Shown: piece after piece, positions 16,127 through 25,397 of the stretch
Layout: each line of letters begins with the position of its first letter
Numbering within the stretch: the first letter of the stretch is position 1
Source: a virus
Reading direction: 5' to 3' (one strand)
Length of the DNA: 64,000 nt
IMG/VR virus record: IMGVR_UViG_3300045012_000181
Location: 61,607 to 125,606 of that record
Translations under genes and position numbers: made by a program
Notes under the pieces: model-generated
What the model was told of the DNA's origin: nothing
What the model saw: the letters and a program-made list of their open reading frames with translations, nothing else
The model's database searches: none

Positions 16127-18526
16127 ATGGCTAATGCACTTCCAACGATGGCCTCATCGGACCGCAATCCCCGCAGGGCGCTAGGTACACACTACACCAC
16201 GCCCGTAGGTGGGATGCTCAACGATAATGCCAACCTAGATGATGATGTATCGGGAGCTGTTGATAATGCCGAACGAGCACGCCGAAATAAAAAGCTCCAG
16301 TTTGTCTCGGCTGAACTCAAAAGAATGAGGTATTTTAGGCGCCAATATGATCTACGGAGGGCGCACTACTATCGCCAGTACTTAGGCCAGCGGGACGATA
16401 AATACTATCCCGACAATCTAACCAAGCGTTCTAATACCTTTGTTCCATACCCGTTCTCCACGGTAGAAAATATTGTGGCGCGTACCATGGACGCCTTCTT
16501 CAGTATGGAGGATTGGTTCGAGACCAAGCCCAAACCGCCCTATAGCCAAGACGATCAGGCCGATCAGATGCAAGTGGCCCTACAGGATAAACTTCACAAG
16601 GCCGATTTAATCAGCGCCGTCGAACAGTTGGTTCGAAATTTGGTCATCTATGGTCAAAACGCCGTTAAGGTCGATTGGAATTTTGGCTATACCACCGTCG
16701 TAAGCAAAGAACCCATTTATTATCAGCAGCCCGTAATGCAACCCCTCGTGGACCCCGCCACGGGACAGCCCGCTATAGGGCCGGATGGTCAGCCCATGCA
16801 ACAGCCCGTGGTAGACCCCCAAACGGGCCAGCCGGCCATGCAACCCGTTATGGGACCCGACGGTCAGCCCATCATTCAGGGCTACAGGGCCAAGCAAGAG
16901 GAAGTGCCCAAGGCCTGCCCGCGCTTTACGGTCATAGACGTTTATGATTATCTATACGATCCGGATGGCGCCTATGAGGCCCATCTGACCGAGCGAACAT
17001 GGCGTGAGCTCAAGGAAGAGCAAACAGCCAGCCTGCAGGCCATGGACAATGATCCCAATAGGCAACCGGCCTACTTTCAAGAAGGCCTGGATACTCTGGG
17101 TCAGCGTCTAAGTAACGAGGAAAACGCCGACGAGATTGTTATAAGGCTGGCTGAGTTTTGGAACAAGAACGATAACACCTGGACCATCATGACCTTTGGT
17201 GAGGATCCCGAGGGAATCTCTTTCAAGGACCTACGGGCCAGCTTTAGGGCCACGGCCTATAGTCCCTACAAGCGCCGGATTTACGGGGGCGAGACCATCC
17301 TTTTGTTCGATGGTGACAACCCCTTCTTCCACAAGCGCTCGCCCATTCTGCACACGGATTTCATTAAATTACCCAACGAGGCCTTTGGCCTAGGCGCCAT
17401 CGAAATCATTTCGGATTTGTCTGAGAGCCTAAACCGCTTCGTCAACATGATTGCCGACAACTGGAATATTGGTATCAACCACCGATATGCCTATGATATC
17501 AATGCCGAAATCGACCACGAAAGCCTGCAGCGTTTTAACATACCTGGGGGTTTTGTTGGAACCGTTGGGGACCCTTCTAAGGTTATTTTCCCTTTGCCGC
17601 AGTTTACACCGGCCGCTGGGGATTATGCCATCCTAGATGTCTATAGGCCCATGATTGAGCAGGCCTCTGGAATAAGCGACTTTTATAGTAAGGGCGTTGG
17701 AAGCGGTGGTGGTAACAAGACCGCCACGGGCATCCAGCAAATCATTGGCGAGAGCAACTACCGTCTGAAGATGTTCATTCGCAATCTGGAAGTGGACATT
17801 TTGCAGCCCCTGTTGGAGATGTGCGCCAGCATGATTCAGCAGTTCGTGGATAGACCGTGGGATGCCGCCAACCCCAAGGCCGACGTGCCGGGCCAACCGC
17901 CCACAGTAACAGTGGACCCCAAGAGTCTAATTGGCACCTACCAGTTCAACATCGTTGCGGCTAACTATGCCACTTCCAAGATTGTTCGACAGCGTAATCT
18001 GATGGCCTTGGCCCAGATTATGAAAGATAATCCCTATATCAATGTGCAAGTTGCCACGAGGGAAATGCTCAAGACATTTGAGATTAAGCACATTGACCAA
18101 ATCATGAAGACCGATCAGCAAGTGCAGCAAGAGCAGCAACAGAACATGCAACAGCAGCTCATGATGCAGCAGATGCAACACCAGCAGGAGATGGAAAAAA
18201 TTCAAGCCAAAGGTCAAGCCGATGCCCTGGTTGCTGCTAACAGTCCCAGCCCCATTGCTCCTAGTGGTGAGTCTATTGGTGGTCAGCACGAGTCTAACGA
18301 TAATGCTGGCAAGTCTGCTGACAAGAAGGCTGAGAAATCTGCCAAACCGGGAGGTCCTCCAGGTGCTAAAGGCGCTCGAAGCCCAAAGACGGGCCGACCC
18401 ACCAAGTCCCAGCACGAGGGCCGAATTCCGGGATCTAATATAGATACTATGGCCAAAAAGCTAGGCGGGGCGGGCGGCACGAGTGCTCTGGGCCTCAGTC
18501 AGCTGGGCAACATGCCCCCGGAGTAA
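16127..18526 (+). CDS. Portal protein (P22-like/podovirus type)
   Basis: RSNTFVPY..VENIVAR, GLGAIE, IEQASGISD, KTATGIQQI motifs; Gln-rich coiled C-terminus; lies before scaffold and capsid genes. Confidence 0.85.
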   Translation: MANALPTMASSDRNPRRALGTHYTTPVGGMLNDNANLDDDVSGAVDNAERARRNKKLQFVSAELKRMRYFRRQYDLRRAHYYRQYLGQRDDKYYPDNLTKRSNTFVPYPFSTVENIVARTMDAFFSMEDWFETKPKPPYSQDDQADQMQVALQDKLHKADLISAVEQLVRNLVIYGQNAVKVDWNFGYTTVVSKEPIYYQQPVMQPLVDPATGQPAIGPDGQPMQQPVVDPQTGQPAMQPVMGPDGQPIIQGYRAKQEEVPKACPRFTVIDVYDYLYDPDGAYEAHLTERTWRELKEEQTASLQAMDNDPNRQPAYFQEGLDTLGQRLSNEENADEIVIRLAEFWNKNDNTWTIMTFGEDPEGISFKDLRASFRATAYSPYKRRIYGGETILLFDGDNPFFHKRSPILHTDFIKLPNEAFGLGAIEIISDLSESLNRFVNMIADNWNIGINHRYAYDINAEIDHESLQRFNIPGGFVGTVGDPSKVIFPLPQFTPAAGDYAILDVYRPMIEQASGISDFYSKGVGSGGGNKTATGIQQIIGESNYRLKMFIRNLEVDILQPLLEMCASMIQQFVDRPWDAANPKADVPGQPPTVTVDPKSLIGTYQFNIVAANYATSKIVRQRNLMALAQIMKDNPYINVQVATREMLKTFEIKHIDQIMKTDQQVQQEQQQNMQQQLMMQQMQHQQEMEKIQAKGQADALVAANSPSPIAPSGESIGGQHESNDNAGKSADKKAEKSAKPGGPPGAKGARSPKTGRPTKSQHEGRIPGSNIDTMAKKLGGAGGTSALGLSQLGNMPPE

Positions 18527-18529
18527 ACG

Positions 18530-18685
18530 ATGGTCAAGTGTGAAATCTGTGAGGCCCAGCCTTCAAGCTACATCGACCCCGTGGACTTCCAGCAAGTCTG
18601 CCGGGATTGTTTCTTTAACGTCGTGTTCCACATGCTAGACCCTGAAATTTCGGAGGAAGACCTTGCCCAGCAAAACCAAAACTAA
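18530..18685 (+). CDS. 51-aa Zn-finger peptide MVKCEICEAQ...VCRDC
   Basis: Manual translation; two CxxC. Confidence 0.55.
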   Translation: MVKCEICEAQPSSYIDPVDFQQVCRDCFFNVVFHMLDPEISEEDLAQQNQN

Positions 18686-19040
18686 TGCCTTGTTATTTGT
18701 GGAAGTAGACAAAGAGGATGTCAGACCCCTTGGTACTGGCAAGGAACTTAGCGGTGCTATTCTCTCTCTTGGAGGACAGTTGGGCTTTCAAGAACTACTC
18801 CGGCGCTTCAGAGTCACTAGGGCGTTACTTAGAAGCCGGCTGGAACAGCCCACCGAAGACGAAAACCGCCACCAACTACGTGCATTGATAGAGGCCTATG
18901 GCTTTGTGGAGCGGCAGCTACGGCAGGAAAGCGGCCGACCAACCGAAGAGGCCCGCGAGGCCTATCAGGAGGAGCGGCAGGAGTTTGAAAGACTGGCGAA
19001 GTACGTGGAAATTATAGGCAGAAGTGGGGAAGCCAACTAG
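18663..19040 (+). CDS. Helical hypothetical protein (portal-adjacent)
   Basis: GGAGG SD with TTG start. Confidence 0.65.
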   Translation: MPSKTKTNALLFVEVDKEDVRPLGTGKELSGAILSLGGQLGFQELLRRFRVTRALLRSRLEQPTEDENRHQLRALIEAYGFVERQLRQESGRPTEEAREAYQEERQEFERLAKYVEIIGRSGEAN

Positions 19041-19256
19041 ATGGCCATAGGCGGTCCCGTACGCTACTACAGCCTTAAGAGCGGTTGTTGCCATGGCCTT
19101 AACATAACCCTGTGCGATGCCCATTTGGCGGCCCGAATTAATTCCGGGTGGAAGCTTGGTCAGGATAGAGGGCCTGATAACCAAGTTTGCCACGATTGTC
19201 CAAAAAGTTTACCCGCTACCACAAGTAGCGGAAATCCAAATACGCCACAAGCGTAG
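19041..19256 (+). CDS. Small Cys/His-rich protein
   Basis: GCCH..LCDAH..CHDC. Confidence 0.5.
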   Translation: MAIGGPVRYYSLKSGCCHGLNITLCDAHLAARINSGWKLGQDRGPDNQVCHDCPKSLPATTSSGNPNTPQA

Positions 19257-19264
19257 GAGAATAA

Positions 19265-20296
19265 ATGCAAGAACAGCAACAGGCCCTTCCAAACGAAGGC
19301 GAGACACAGGCCCTTGCGCCCGTTCCGCCCCCACTGGAACAGCCAGCAGTCGAGCCACAAGCCGGCTGGAACCCCCCGACGGGAGACGAAGATTTTGATT
19401 CGCTCTTTCAGCGGGTTGGTGTTGATGGTGAGAATCTCACCAATAGCAACACCGTTCCCACGGAACTGACAACAGCTGCCGAGGAACCTGCACCTCAAAC
19501 ACCCGCAGTGACACCTACGGAACCCACGAAGTGGTCTGAACTTAAGACCAAGACTGGTACGGTTTACAAGACCGCCGAGGATGCCATACAGGGTATTGAG
19601 ACCAAAGATCGTACCATCGAACAATTGCGTTCGATGATTGCGGCCGTCACAGGCGAAGACCCACTTAGCAAATCGGGTATTAAACCCGGCACTACAAATG
19701 CCCCGCAGAAGCCCGTTAGCTATTTACAAGATCGTCGACGGTTTGCGCAAGACCTTACCAAAGCCGCAGAACTTGGACAAAAAGAAGACCAATGGGACCC
19801 CTATGGAAACGTACTGGGTCAATATGTCTATGAGATTGTTCAGAGTGCGGTCGGGCCCTATATGCCCGTGGTCCAGAATGTCGGAAAGCAGCAGGCCCTG
19901 GAGAACGTTTCCAAGGACGTGCCGGATTTCCGAAACTTCTATGGTTCACAGGAATATCAAAAGGTCTTGGAACAGAGGCCCAAACTGGCTGGCTATATTA
20001 AAACCCTGGAAGGCAATCCCACCATGCAAGAGGATCTTGCGGAACAATATCGCGATGTTTGGAATGAGCACCAGGTTAAGAAGCTGGCCGAGCTGGCGTC
20101 TAGACCGACTCCAGTAGCCCAAAACCCCACACCTAGAACACCCCTACAGCCCCGAACTTCGGACTTTAAGCAAGAACCCAACGATGGTATGCGGCGTAAT
20201 CAACCGCAGACCAAACCCACTTTGGCAACCAAAGAAGGTCGTAGGATGCTTATTGAGGAACTGGAGAAACGCGGGCTGGCGGACGTGAATTTCTAG
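19265..20296 (+). CDS. Capsid scaffolding protein (putative)
   Basis: Acidic Pro-rich N-terminus, helical core, GTVYKTAEDA motif; directly upstream of the capsid gene. Confidence 0.75.
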   Translation: MQEQQQALPNEGETQALAPVPPPLEQPAVEPQAGWNPPTGDEDFDSLFQRVGVDGENLTNSNTVPTELTTAAEEPAPQTPAVTPTEPTKWSELKTKTGTVYKTAEDAIQGIETKDRTIEQLRSMIAAVTGEDPLSKSGIKPGTTNAPQKPVSYLQDRRRFAQDLTKAAELGQKEDQWDPYGNVLGQYVYEIVQSAVGPYMPVVQNVGKQQALENVSKDVPDFRNFYGSQEYQKVLEQRPKLAGYIKTLEGNPTMQEDLAEQYRDVWNEHQVKKLAELASRPTPVAQNPTPRTPLQPRTSDFKQEPNDGMRRNQPQTKPTLATKEGRRMLIEELEKRGLADVNF

Positions 20297-20324
20297 GTCG
20301 GTAATTCCTTAAAGGAGAATTACT

Positions 20325-21290
20325 TTGGCAGACGTTATTACAGTAACTGCGGGGAGTGCGGGACAAGCAGGTTCTACAGCAGCCGAATTGATTACCTACA
20401 TGAGTGCGCGGCTCCTCGAAGTTGCGGAGCTTAACACCATCCTGGATCAGTTCGGTGACAAACACCCGTTGCCGGCGAATTCGTCCAAAACGATTCGCTT
20501 CACGAGGGAAGAGAAGCTGTCTGTTGCTGCTACTCCTACTCAGTTGACAGAAGGTGTGCCGCCCGATGCTTCGGCGCTCACTATTAACCAGTTTGAAGCA
20601 ATCACCGAACAGTACGGCGCTCTCGTTCGTTTGTCGGACCTTGCAGAATTGACCGCGAGACATAATCTCGTCGAACGTACAATTTACGTTCTTGGCTTGC
20701 AGGCCGCAGAAACCTACGATCAGCTTATCTATAACGTACTGAATTCCGGTACCACGGTCTATCGGCCCAACAACAAGAGTTCGGATACAGCCCTTGTGGG
20801 CTCGGATGTCGTGACTGCTGTGGACCTCGTTGAGGTTGAGGCCACACTTAACGGCAACGGCGCCCGTCCATACGAGAGCGGTTATTACGCCTTCGTTACG
20901 AGCCCCCAGCCCTATGCCGCATTGCTCAAGGACCCGGATTTTAAGGCCGCCGCTCAGTTTCGAGCGCCCGAGAAAATCTGGCGTGGTGAAGTCGGTGAGC
21001 TTTATGGCTTCCGAGTCATTCGGAGCAATTCTCCGGCCTTCGCCGCAACCTCGCAGGTCACTGCGGGTCAGTCCAGCTTGGTTTACACCAGTCTGGCCAT
21101 TGGGCGATTTGCCTACCAGATCTCGGACCTCCAGAACCTCCGTGTCTACGTTGTGGCTCCCGGTGGACAGGCCGACCCCTTGCAGCAAAGCCGCAAGATT
21201 GGTTGGAAGTTCGCTTTCAAGTCGCTCATAACCAACCAGAACTGGGTAATCGTGGTTCGCAGTTCGGGTCTCAATAGCAAAACCAACTAA
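20325..21290 (+). CDS. Major capsid protein, N4-gp56-like family
   Basis: LDQFG...LP.NSSKTIRF..., LTEGVPP, QYG...LSD, EIWRGEVG.LYG.R, DPLQQ.RKIGWK; AAGGAG SD with TTG start. Confidence 0.9.
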   Translation: MADVITVTAGSAGQAGSTAAELITYMSARLLEVAELNTILDQFGDKHPLPANSSKTIRFTREEKLSVAATPTQLTEGVPPDASALTINQFEAITEQYGALVRLSDLAELTARHNLVERTIYVLGLQAAETYDQLIYNVLNSGTTVYRPNNKSSDTALVGSDVVTAVDLVEVEATLNGNGARPYESGYYAFVTSPQPYAALLKDPDFKAAAQFRAPEKIWRGEVGELYGFRVIRSNSPAFAATSQVTAGQSSLVYTSLAIGRFAYQISDLQNLRVYVVAPGGQADPLQQSRKIGWKFAFKSLITNQNWVIVVRSSGLNSKTN

Positions 21291-21303
21291 CAATTTTCTG
21301 GCT

Positions 21304-21327
21304 AGGGGCCTCTTCATGGAGGTCCCT
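21304..21327 (+). promoter_or_regulatory. Stem-loop after the capsid gene (terminator or processing site)
   Basis: AGGGGCCTCT-TCAT-GGAGGTCCCT, 10 bp. Confidence 0.45.
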
Positions 21328-21347
21328 GTGGCCACAAAGGAAAAAGA

Positions 21348-21692
21348 ATGGGAAACTGGAAACCAAATCCGCTGGGCTTGCTTGAAGGCGAGATCGTGTG
21401 GAACGGTATTAATGAGAAGGGCACTAGCAACGCCGAAATTGACGTTGATACTGCGCCTTCCTTCCGTGCACAGGTCCCCGTCAAGGAAGGCCTCGCGGCT
21501 CAGGATACGTTCAAAATGGACGCCTCTCAGCCCTCCAGCCGAGCTCCCGTGGAACTCCGCCGCATGCACCTTGCGGGCGGGGAAGACGTGGGTGAAGGCT
21601 CCGAGGTCCTCAAGGGCTCCAACATGTTTAACGAATTCGGTGGTGGGACTGGAAAGTCCGCCGGCGAATTCACAGCTAATGAGAATAAGTAA
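21348..21692 (+). CDS. Hypothetical protein
   Basis: AAGGA SD; tiles the operon. Confidence 0.65.
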   Translation: MGNWKPNPLGLLEGEIVWNGINEKGTSNAEIDVDTAPSFRAQVPVKEGLAAQDTFKMDASQPSSRAPVELRRMHLAGGEDVGEGSEVLKGSNMFNEFGGGTGKSAGEFTANENK

Positions 21693-21711
21693 GAAAGAAG
21701 GGTGACCAAAA

Positions 21712-22395
21712 ATGGCAGTTAAGAAAACGGTAGCAGCGCCTCACACAGAGGCGACTATTCCGGAAACTGCTTCGACGGATGGCGAACTTCAAGCCGCCGA
21801 AGAGGTCACGGCAACCACAGGGGCCGCTGAACAGGCGGCCCTTGATGCAGCTGTGGCGCAGTCCAAATTAGTGGCGTTGGCCAAGGCCCGGGCGGCCAAG
21901 GCTGCCAAGGCCCAACAGGCTAAAATCGAAATCCAGGCCAAAGAACTGGCCCGGCGGGAGGCCGCTGAAAGCATTAGCAGCATTCAGAGCCTTCTGGCGG
22001 CCGAACAAACCAACGATAGACACAGTTTTGGCGATATCAGAGAAGTTGCCAAGACCATGCCCACGCGAGAGGAATACGTGAAGGTTGAAATTCCCTTGGC
22101 CGATCTTTTCGATCACAGCCATCCGGGCGTACAACTCAATCGACACAAGTTCGAACCCGGAAAGACCTATTTGCTTAGGGGTGACGTTGCCCTGGAAGTC
22201 AAACGTCGATTGGCCATGTTTCACGATGAGCAGGTACGCTTGCTGAGGCCCAATGCCGACCGTAAGGCCCTGAATGACGTGAACCGTGGGAGTCAGTGGA
22301 CCTCTAGAGGCGGAAATTCCGTCGTCCCATTGGGACGATTGGAAGACATCCCTACAGCTGCAGACGAGCGTATCTATACCGTTGACTTCGATTAG
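21712..22395 (+). CDS. Hypothetical protein with Ala-rich helical N-half
   Basis: Tiles the operon. Confidence 0.7.
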   Translation: MAVKKTVAAPHTEATIPETASTDGELQAAEEVTATTGAAEQAALDAAVAQSKLVALAKARAAKAAKAQQAKIEIQAKELARREAAESISSIQSLLAAEQTNDRHSFGDIREVAKTMPTREEYVKVEIPLADLFDHSHPGVQLNRHKFEPGKTYLLRGDVALEVKRRLAMFHDEQVRLLRPNADRKALNDVNRGSQWTSRGGNSVVPLGRLEDIPTAADERIYTVDFD

Positions 22396-22408
22396 AAACT
22401 AACAAGAG

Positions 22409-22504
22409 ATGCACGCGAAGCGCACCCTAGGGTGGACAGCTGAGTGCGTGAAGGCAGTCTTGGAGGCCTATATCCTGCTACAACAAAGAAGGCCCAAACT
22501 TTAA
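22409..22504 (+). CDS. 31-aa peptide MHAKRTLGW...
   Basis: Fills the gap exactly, ending 1 nt before the next ATG. Confidence 0.35.
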   Translation: MHAKRTLGWTAECVKAVLEAYILLQQRRPKL

Positions 22505-22505
22505 T

Positions 22506-22832
22506 ATGCCAAATCAAGACAAGAAACAACTCAATTCCTATACAAGTGGCCCGGGTAAGCTGAGTGGACCGCCGCCTAAAGTCGCAACAACCGATCCCAT
22601 AGGTCCTGGACAGTTAAGCAAGCCTGCCAAAGAGTATCAACCCATCAAGGAAAAGGAACGTCCCTATATGGACACCCTACGCCCTGGAGACAAAGGCTCT
22701 TTGGTGGGACCCAAAGGCCGTTCAGTCAACGTGACGGCCACTGTGCCCGAAGAGGAACAAAGCTCCTCGGTCTTTACCCCGGATAAATCCGAAAACTACA
22801 GTATCCGGCAGCCCGCCCCCCAGGACAGGTAA
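22506..22832 (+). CDS. Pro/Lys-rich hypothetical protein
   Basis: Tiles the operon. Confidence 0.55.
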   Translation: MPNQDKKQLNSYTSGPGKLSGPPPKVATTDPIGPGQLSKPAKEYQPIKEKERPYMDTLRPGDKGSLVGPKGRSVNVTATVPEEEQSSSVFTPDKSENYSIRQPAPQDR

Positions 22833-22833
22833 G

Positions 22834-23232
22834 ATGGCAGATTTCCAAGTGGCCGTGAACTTAGTAATGAACCACGAGGGCGGCTTAGTGGACAATCCCT
22901 CTGACCCCGGAGGACTCACCAATTGGGGTATTAGTCTTAGATGGCATCCCGAACTGGGCGCCGACGGTATCCGAAACCTAACTAAGGCACAGGCCTCGGA
23001 CATCTACCTAAAGAAGTATTGGACCCCGGCCATGGACCAAGAACCAGACCAGCGCATGGCCAATGCCATGTTAGACACTGCGGCCAACCAAGGCCCGCCG
23101 GTTGCCGTTCAGCTTTACCAACAATTTGGACACAGTATCAAGGAGTTTCAGTTGGCCCGTCTATTGCGCTACGCCGCCTTGGGAAAGCCCCAGAACAATC
23201 ATAGTTGGTTTGAACGCGTTTTGGATGTGTGA
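22834..23232 (+). CDS. Endolysin, glycoside hydrolase family 108
   Basis: HEGGLVDNPSDPGGLTNWGIS; DTAANQG. Confidence 0.9.
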   Translation: MADFQVAVNLVMNHEGGLVDNPSDPGGLTNWGISLRWHPELGADGIRNLTKAQASDIYLKKYWTPAMDQEPDQRMANAMLDTAANQGPPVAVQLYQQFGHSIKEFQLARLLRYAALGKPQNNHSWFERVLDV

Positions 23233-23245
23233 GGCCTAAAAACAT

Positions 23246-23836
23246 TTGTGTATTTACTTCTATCGCCATGGCCAGACCAACGAGGATCTACCAGACAACG
23301 ATTTGGTTAGTGGCTGGAATGATATTCCCTTGAATGCCGAAGGCCGTCTAAATGCCTCACGAGCGGCCCGGCGTCTAAAGGAACTTGGCATCACGAGCAT
23401 AACAAGCTCGGATACCAAGAGGGCCCTTCAGACCTCGGAAATAATTAGCCGATATGTGGGTATCCCGATTGTTACGACGGAGCGTCTTAGAAGCTGGAAC
23501 ATGGGCTCGCTACAGGGCATGGACCACAAGGCCGCGGACCCCTTCTTGGAATTCTTTGAGCGCCATCCAGATGTCCGGGTGCCTGGTGGAGAGGCCTTCA
23601 GGACCTTCTACAACCGCTTCAAAACCGTATTCTTCTATTTTGTGGGCTATGTTAGAAAGTTTCCCAATGCCCGGCCAGCCTTGGGCACGCACAGCCAAGA
23701 CTTGGATCTTATATCCTGGCTAATTGAGGGCATCGAGCCGGGCAAGCAACTTGAGTTTGGCAAGGGCATCAAGCCAGGCGGCATACTAGAAGTTTCTGTG
23801 GACGACAAAATTACTGTACGAAAGCTGAGGGTCTGA
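23246..23836 (+). CDS. Histidine phosphatase (phosphoglycerate-mutase superfamily)
   Basis: YRHGQT, SSDTKRALQT, LRSWNMG, PGGE, THS. Confidence 0.9.
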   Translation: MCIYFYRHGQTNEDLPDNDLVSGWNDIPLNAEGRLNASRAARRLKELGITSITSSDTKRALQTSEIISRYVGIPIVTTERLRSWNMGSLQGMDHKAADPFLEFFERHPDVRVPGGEAFRTFYNRFKTVFFYFVGYVRKFPNARPALGTHSQDLDLISWLIEGIEPGKQLEFGKGIKPGGILEVSVDDKITVRKLRV

Positions 23837-23839
23837 TCT

Positions 23840-24271
23840 ATGGCTGTGGACTGGACAAGTTTGGTTGGGGGTTCTGTGGCCGATGCCGTGGCCAAGATTG
23901 TTTCCCTGTTTAAAATCGATCCCACGGTGGCCCTACAAAATCGGACCGAGATAGAAAGAATTCAACTGGGCATGCAGTCCCAGCTTATCGCGCAGGTCTC
24001 GGCGCAGATTGCCGTAGACCAGCAAGAAGCCGCCAGCCCAAGTATGTTTGTGGCGGGTTGGCGACCGGCCATCGGATGGATTTGCGGCCTGGGCCTCTTC
24101 ACGCAGTTTATAATCAATCCCTTGGCCACTTGGTTGGCGGCACTGTTCCATCATCCAATTGCGTTTCCCTCGCTGGACCTAGGAACCTTAATGACCCTCT
24201 TGTTCGGTATGCTTGGATTGGCTGCCGGTGAGCATTACGAAAACGTTCAAACCGCTGTAAACGGAAAGTAA
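23840..24271 (+). CDS. Holin, 3-TM (GTA-type) family
   Basis: FVAGWRPAIGWICG..; hydrophobic helices. Confidence 0.8.
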   Translation: MAVDWTSLVGGSVADAVAKIVSLFKIDPTVALQNRTEIERIQLGMQSQLIAQVSAQIAVDQQEAASPSMFVAGWRPAIGWICGLGLFTQFIINPLATWLAALFHHPIAFPSLDLGTLMTLLFGMLGLAAGEHYENVQTAVNGK

Positions 24272-24961
24272 ATGGCCCTTACGGTTTCCAGTATCGCCTC
24301 GGACAGTTCAATCGACATCCGTCAGGTTCTTGTGGCCACGGACACCAAGTTTATCGGTTGGATTGATCGCATACACAAGGACTGTATGCACAGTTCGGTT
24401 TACAGCCCGTTTATTGTGGCCCGACAGAGTCTTATAACGATTGCCGGGCAATCCAACTATACACTGGCACCTACAGCGGGTGTTACGGGAGCCGGACCGG
24501 GCATCCGTCGAATTTTGGGCGTTTTCGACAGCACTCGGAATCGTATACTCTTCCCGATTGAACGTGCAACATCACCTATTTCGCAGGTTGATAAACAAGA
24601 GCCTAGTCCGGGCCAGCAGGGCAGTCCGCAAATAGAGTTTGGTCAACCCTTGGCTTCGCCTATCTCCCTACAAGCCGGACAGCCGGGTTATTTCAGATAC
24701 TTCCCTAATGCCGCCCTGAATCCACCGGCCATCTCGCTTATTCCCACACCGGCCGCACCACTCACCATCAGCGTCACCTATGAACTACAGGTCGTTACAC
24801 TTGTGAATCCCACCGATACGCTCTTGGTACCTGAAGATGGCCGGGATATGGTTGTGGCGGGTGTGAACTATTTGGCCAATATTTTCCTTAAGCGCATGGA
24901 CGAGGCCCAGATTTGGGCCCAGATTTACTCGGCTCTCAAAAAAGGAGAAAGTCTTGTTTAG
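24272..24961 (+). CDS. Head-tail adaptor / tail ring protein, paralog A
   Basis: Shares LLVP.D..D.VVAGVNY...FLK and overall layout with the 31574 ORF. Confidence 0.65.
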   Translation: MALTVSSIASDSSIDIRQVLVATDTKFIGWIDRIHKDCMHSSVYSPFIVARQSLITIAGQSNYTLAPTAGVTGAGPGIRRILGVFDSTRNRILFPIERATSPISQVDKQEPSPGQQGSPQIEFGQPLASPISLQAGQPGYFRYFPNAALNPPAISLIPTPAAPLTISVTYELQVVTLVNPTDTLLVPEDGRDMVVAGVNYLANIFLKRMDEAQIWAQIYSALKKGESLV

Positions 24962-25397
24962 GCGGCTTATTGTTTTGGTGGGAGCTTTATTGCTTAGTCT
25001 ACCCGCACAGGGCGGCCCCCGGGATTGGCTAAAGCACAATTGGAAACCGCTCCTGATAACGGGAATCAGTTTAGGAAGTTCTTTGGCCATGACACATGAG
25101 GCCCATACCTGCCGAGTGCAGTTTGGGCCGGCGCCCTGTGCCGGCGGTTACGGCGAATTCGGGGCCCGGGAGGGTCTTAGGTTCGGCACCTCCGCGCTTA
25201 TGAGTGGTCTCTCGTGGTACGGCTACAAGCAAGGCTACAAGGATTGGTTCTTGCCTGCTGTGGGATTCGCTACTTATAACGGCATATCGGCATATCGTCA
25301 AACCCTTGTGGGTTGTCCCTCGGGTGAGCACTTCCTATATGGCACCAAATTCACCTGTGTAGACAATTATAGCGAGAACAGCTGGAGCAGCCATTAA
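24954..25397 (+). CDS. Signal-peptide membrane protein
   Basis: AAGGAG SD with TTG start; MFRRLIVLVGALLLSLPAQG; hydrophobic segments. Confidence 0.65.
   Translation: MFRRLIVLVGALLLSLPAQGGPRDWLKHNWKPLLITGISLGSSLAMTHEAHTCRVQFGPAPCAGGYGEFGAREGLRFGTSALMSGLSWYGYKQGYKDWFLPAVGFATYNGISAYRQTLVGCPSGEHFLYGTKFTCVDNYSENSWSSH

Noticed and set aside
20250-21569. 439-aa minus-strand ORF
   Set aside because: Antisense shadow of the major capsid gene; no motifs and no SD
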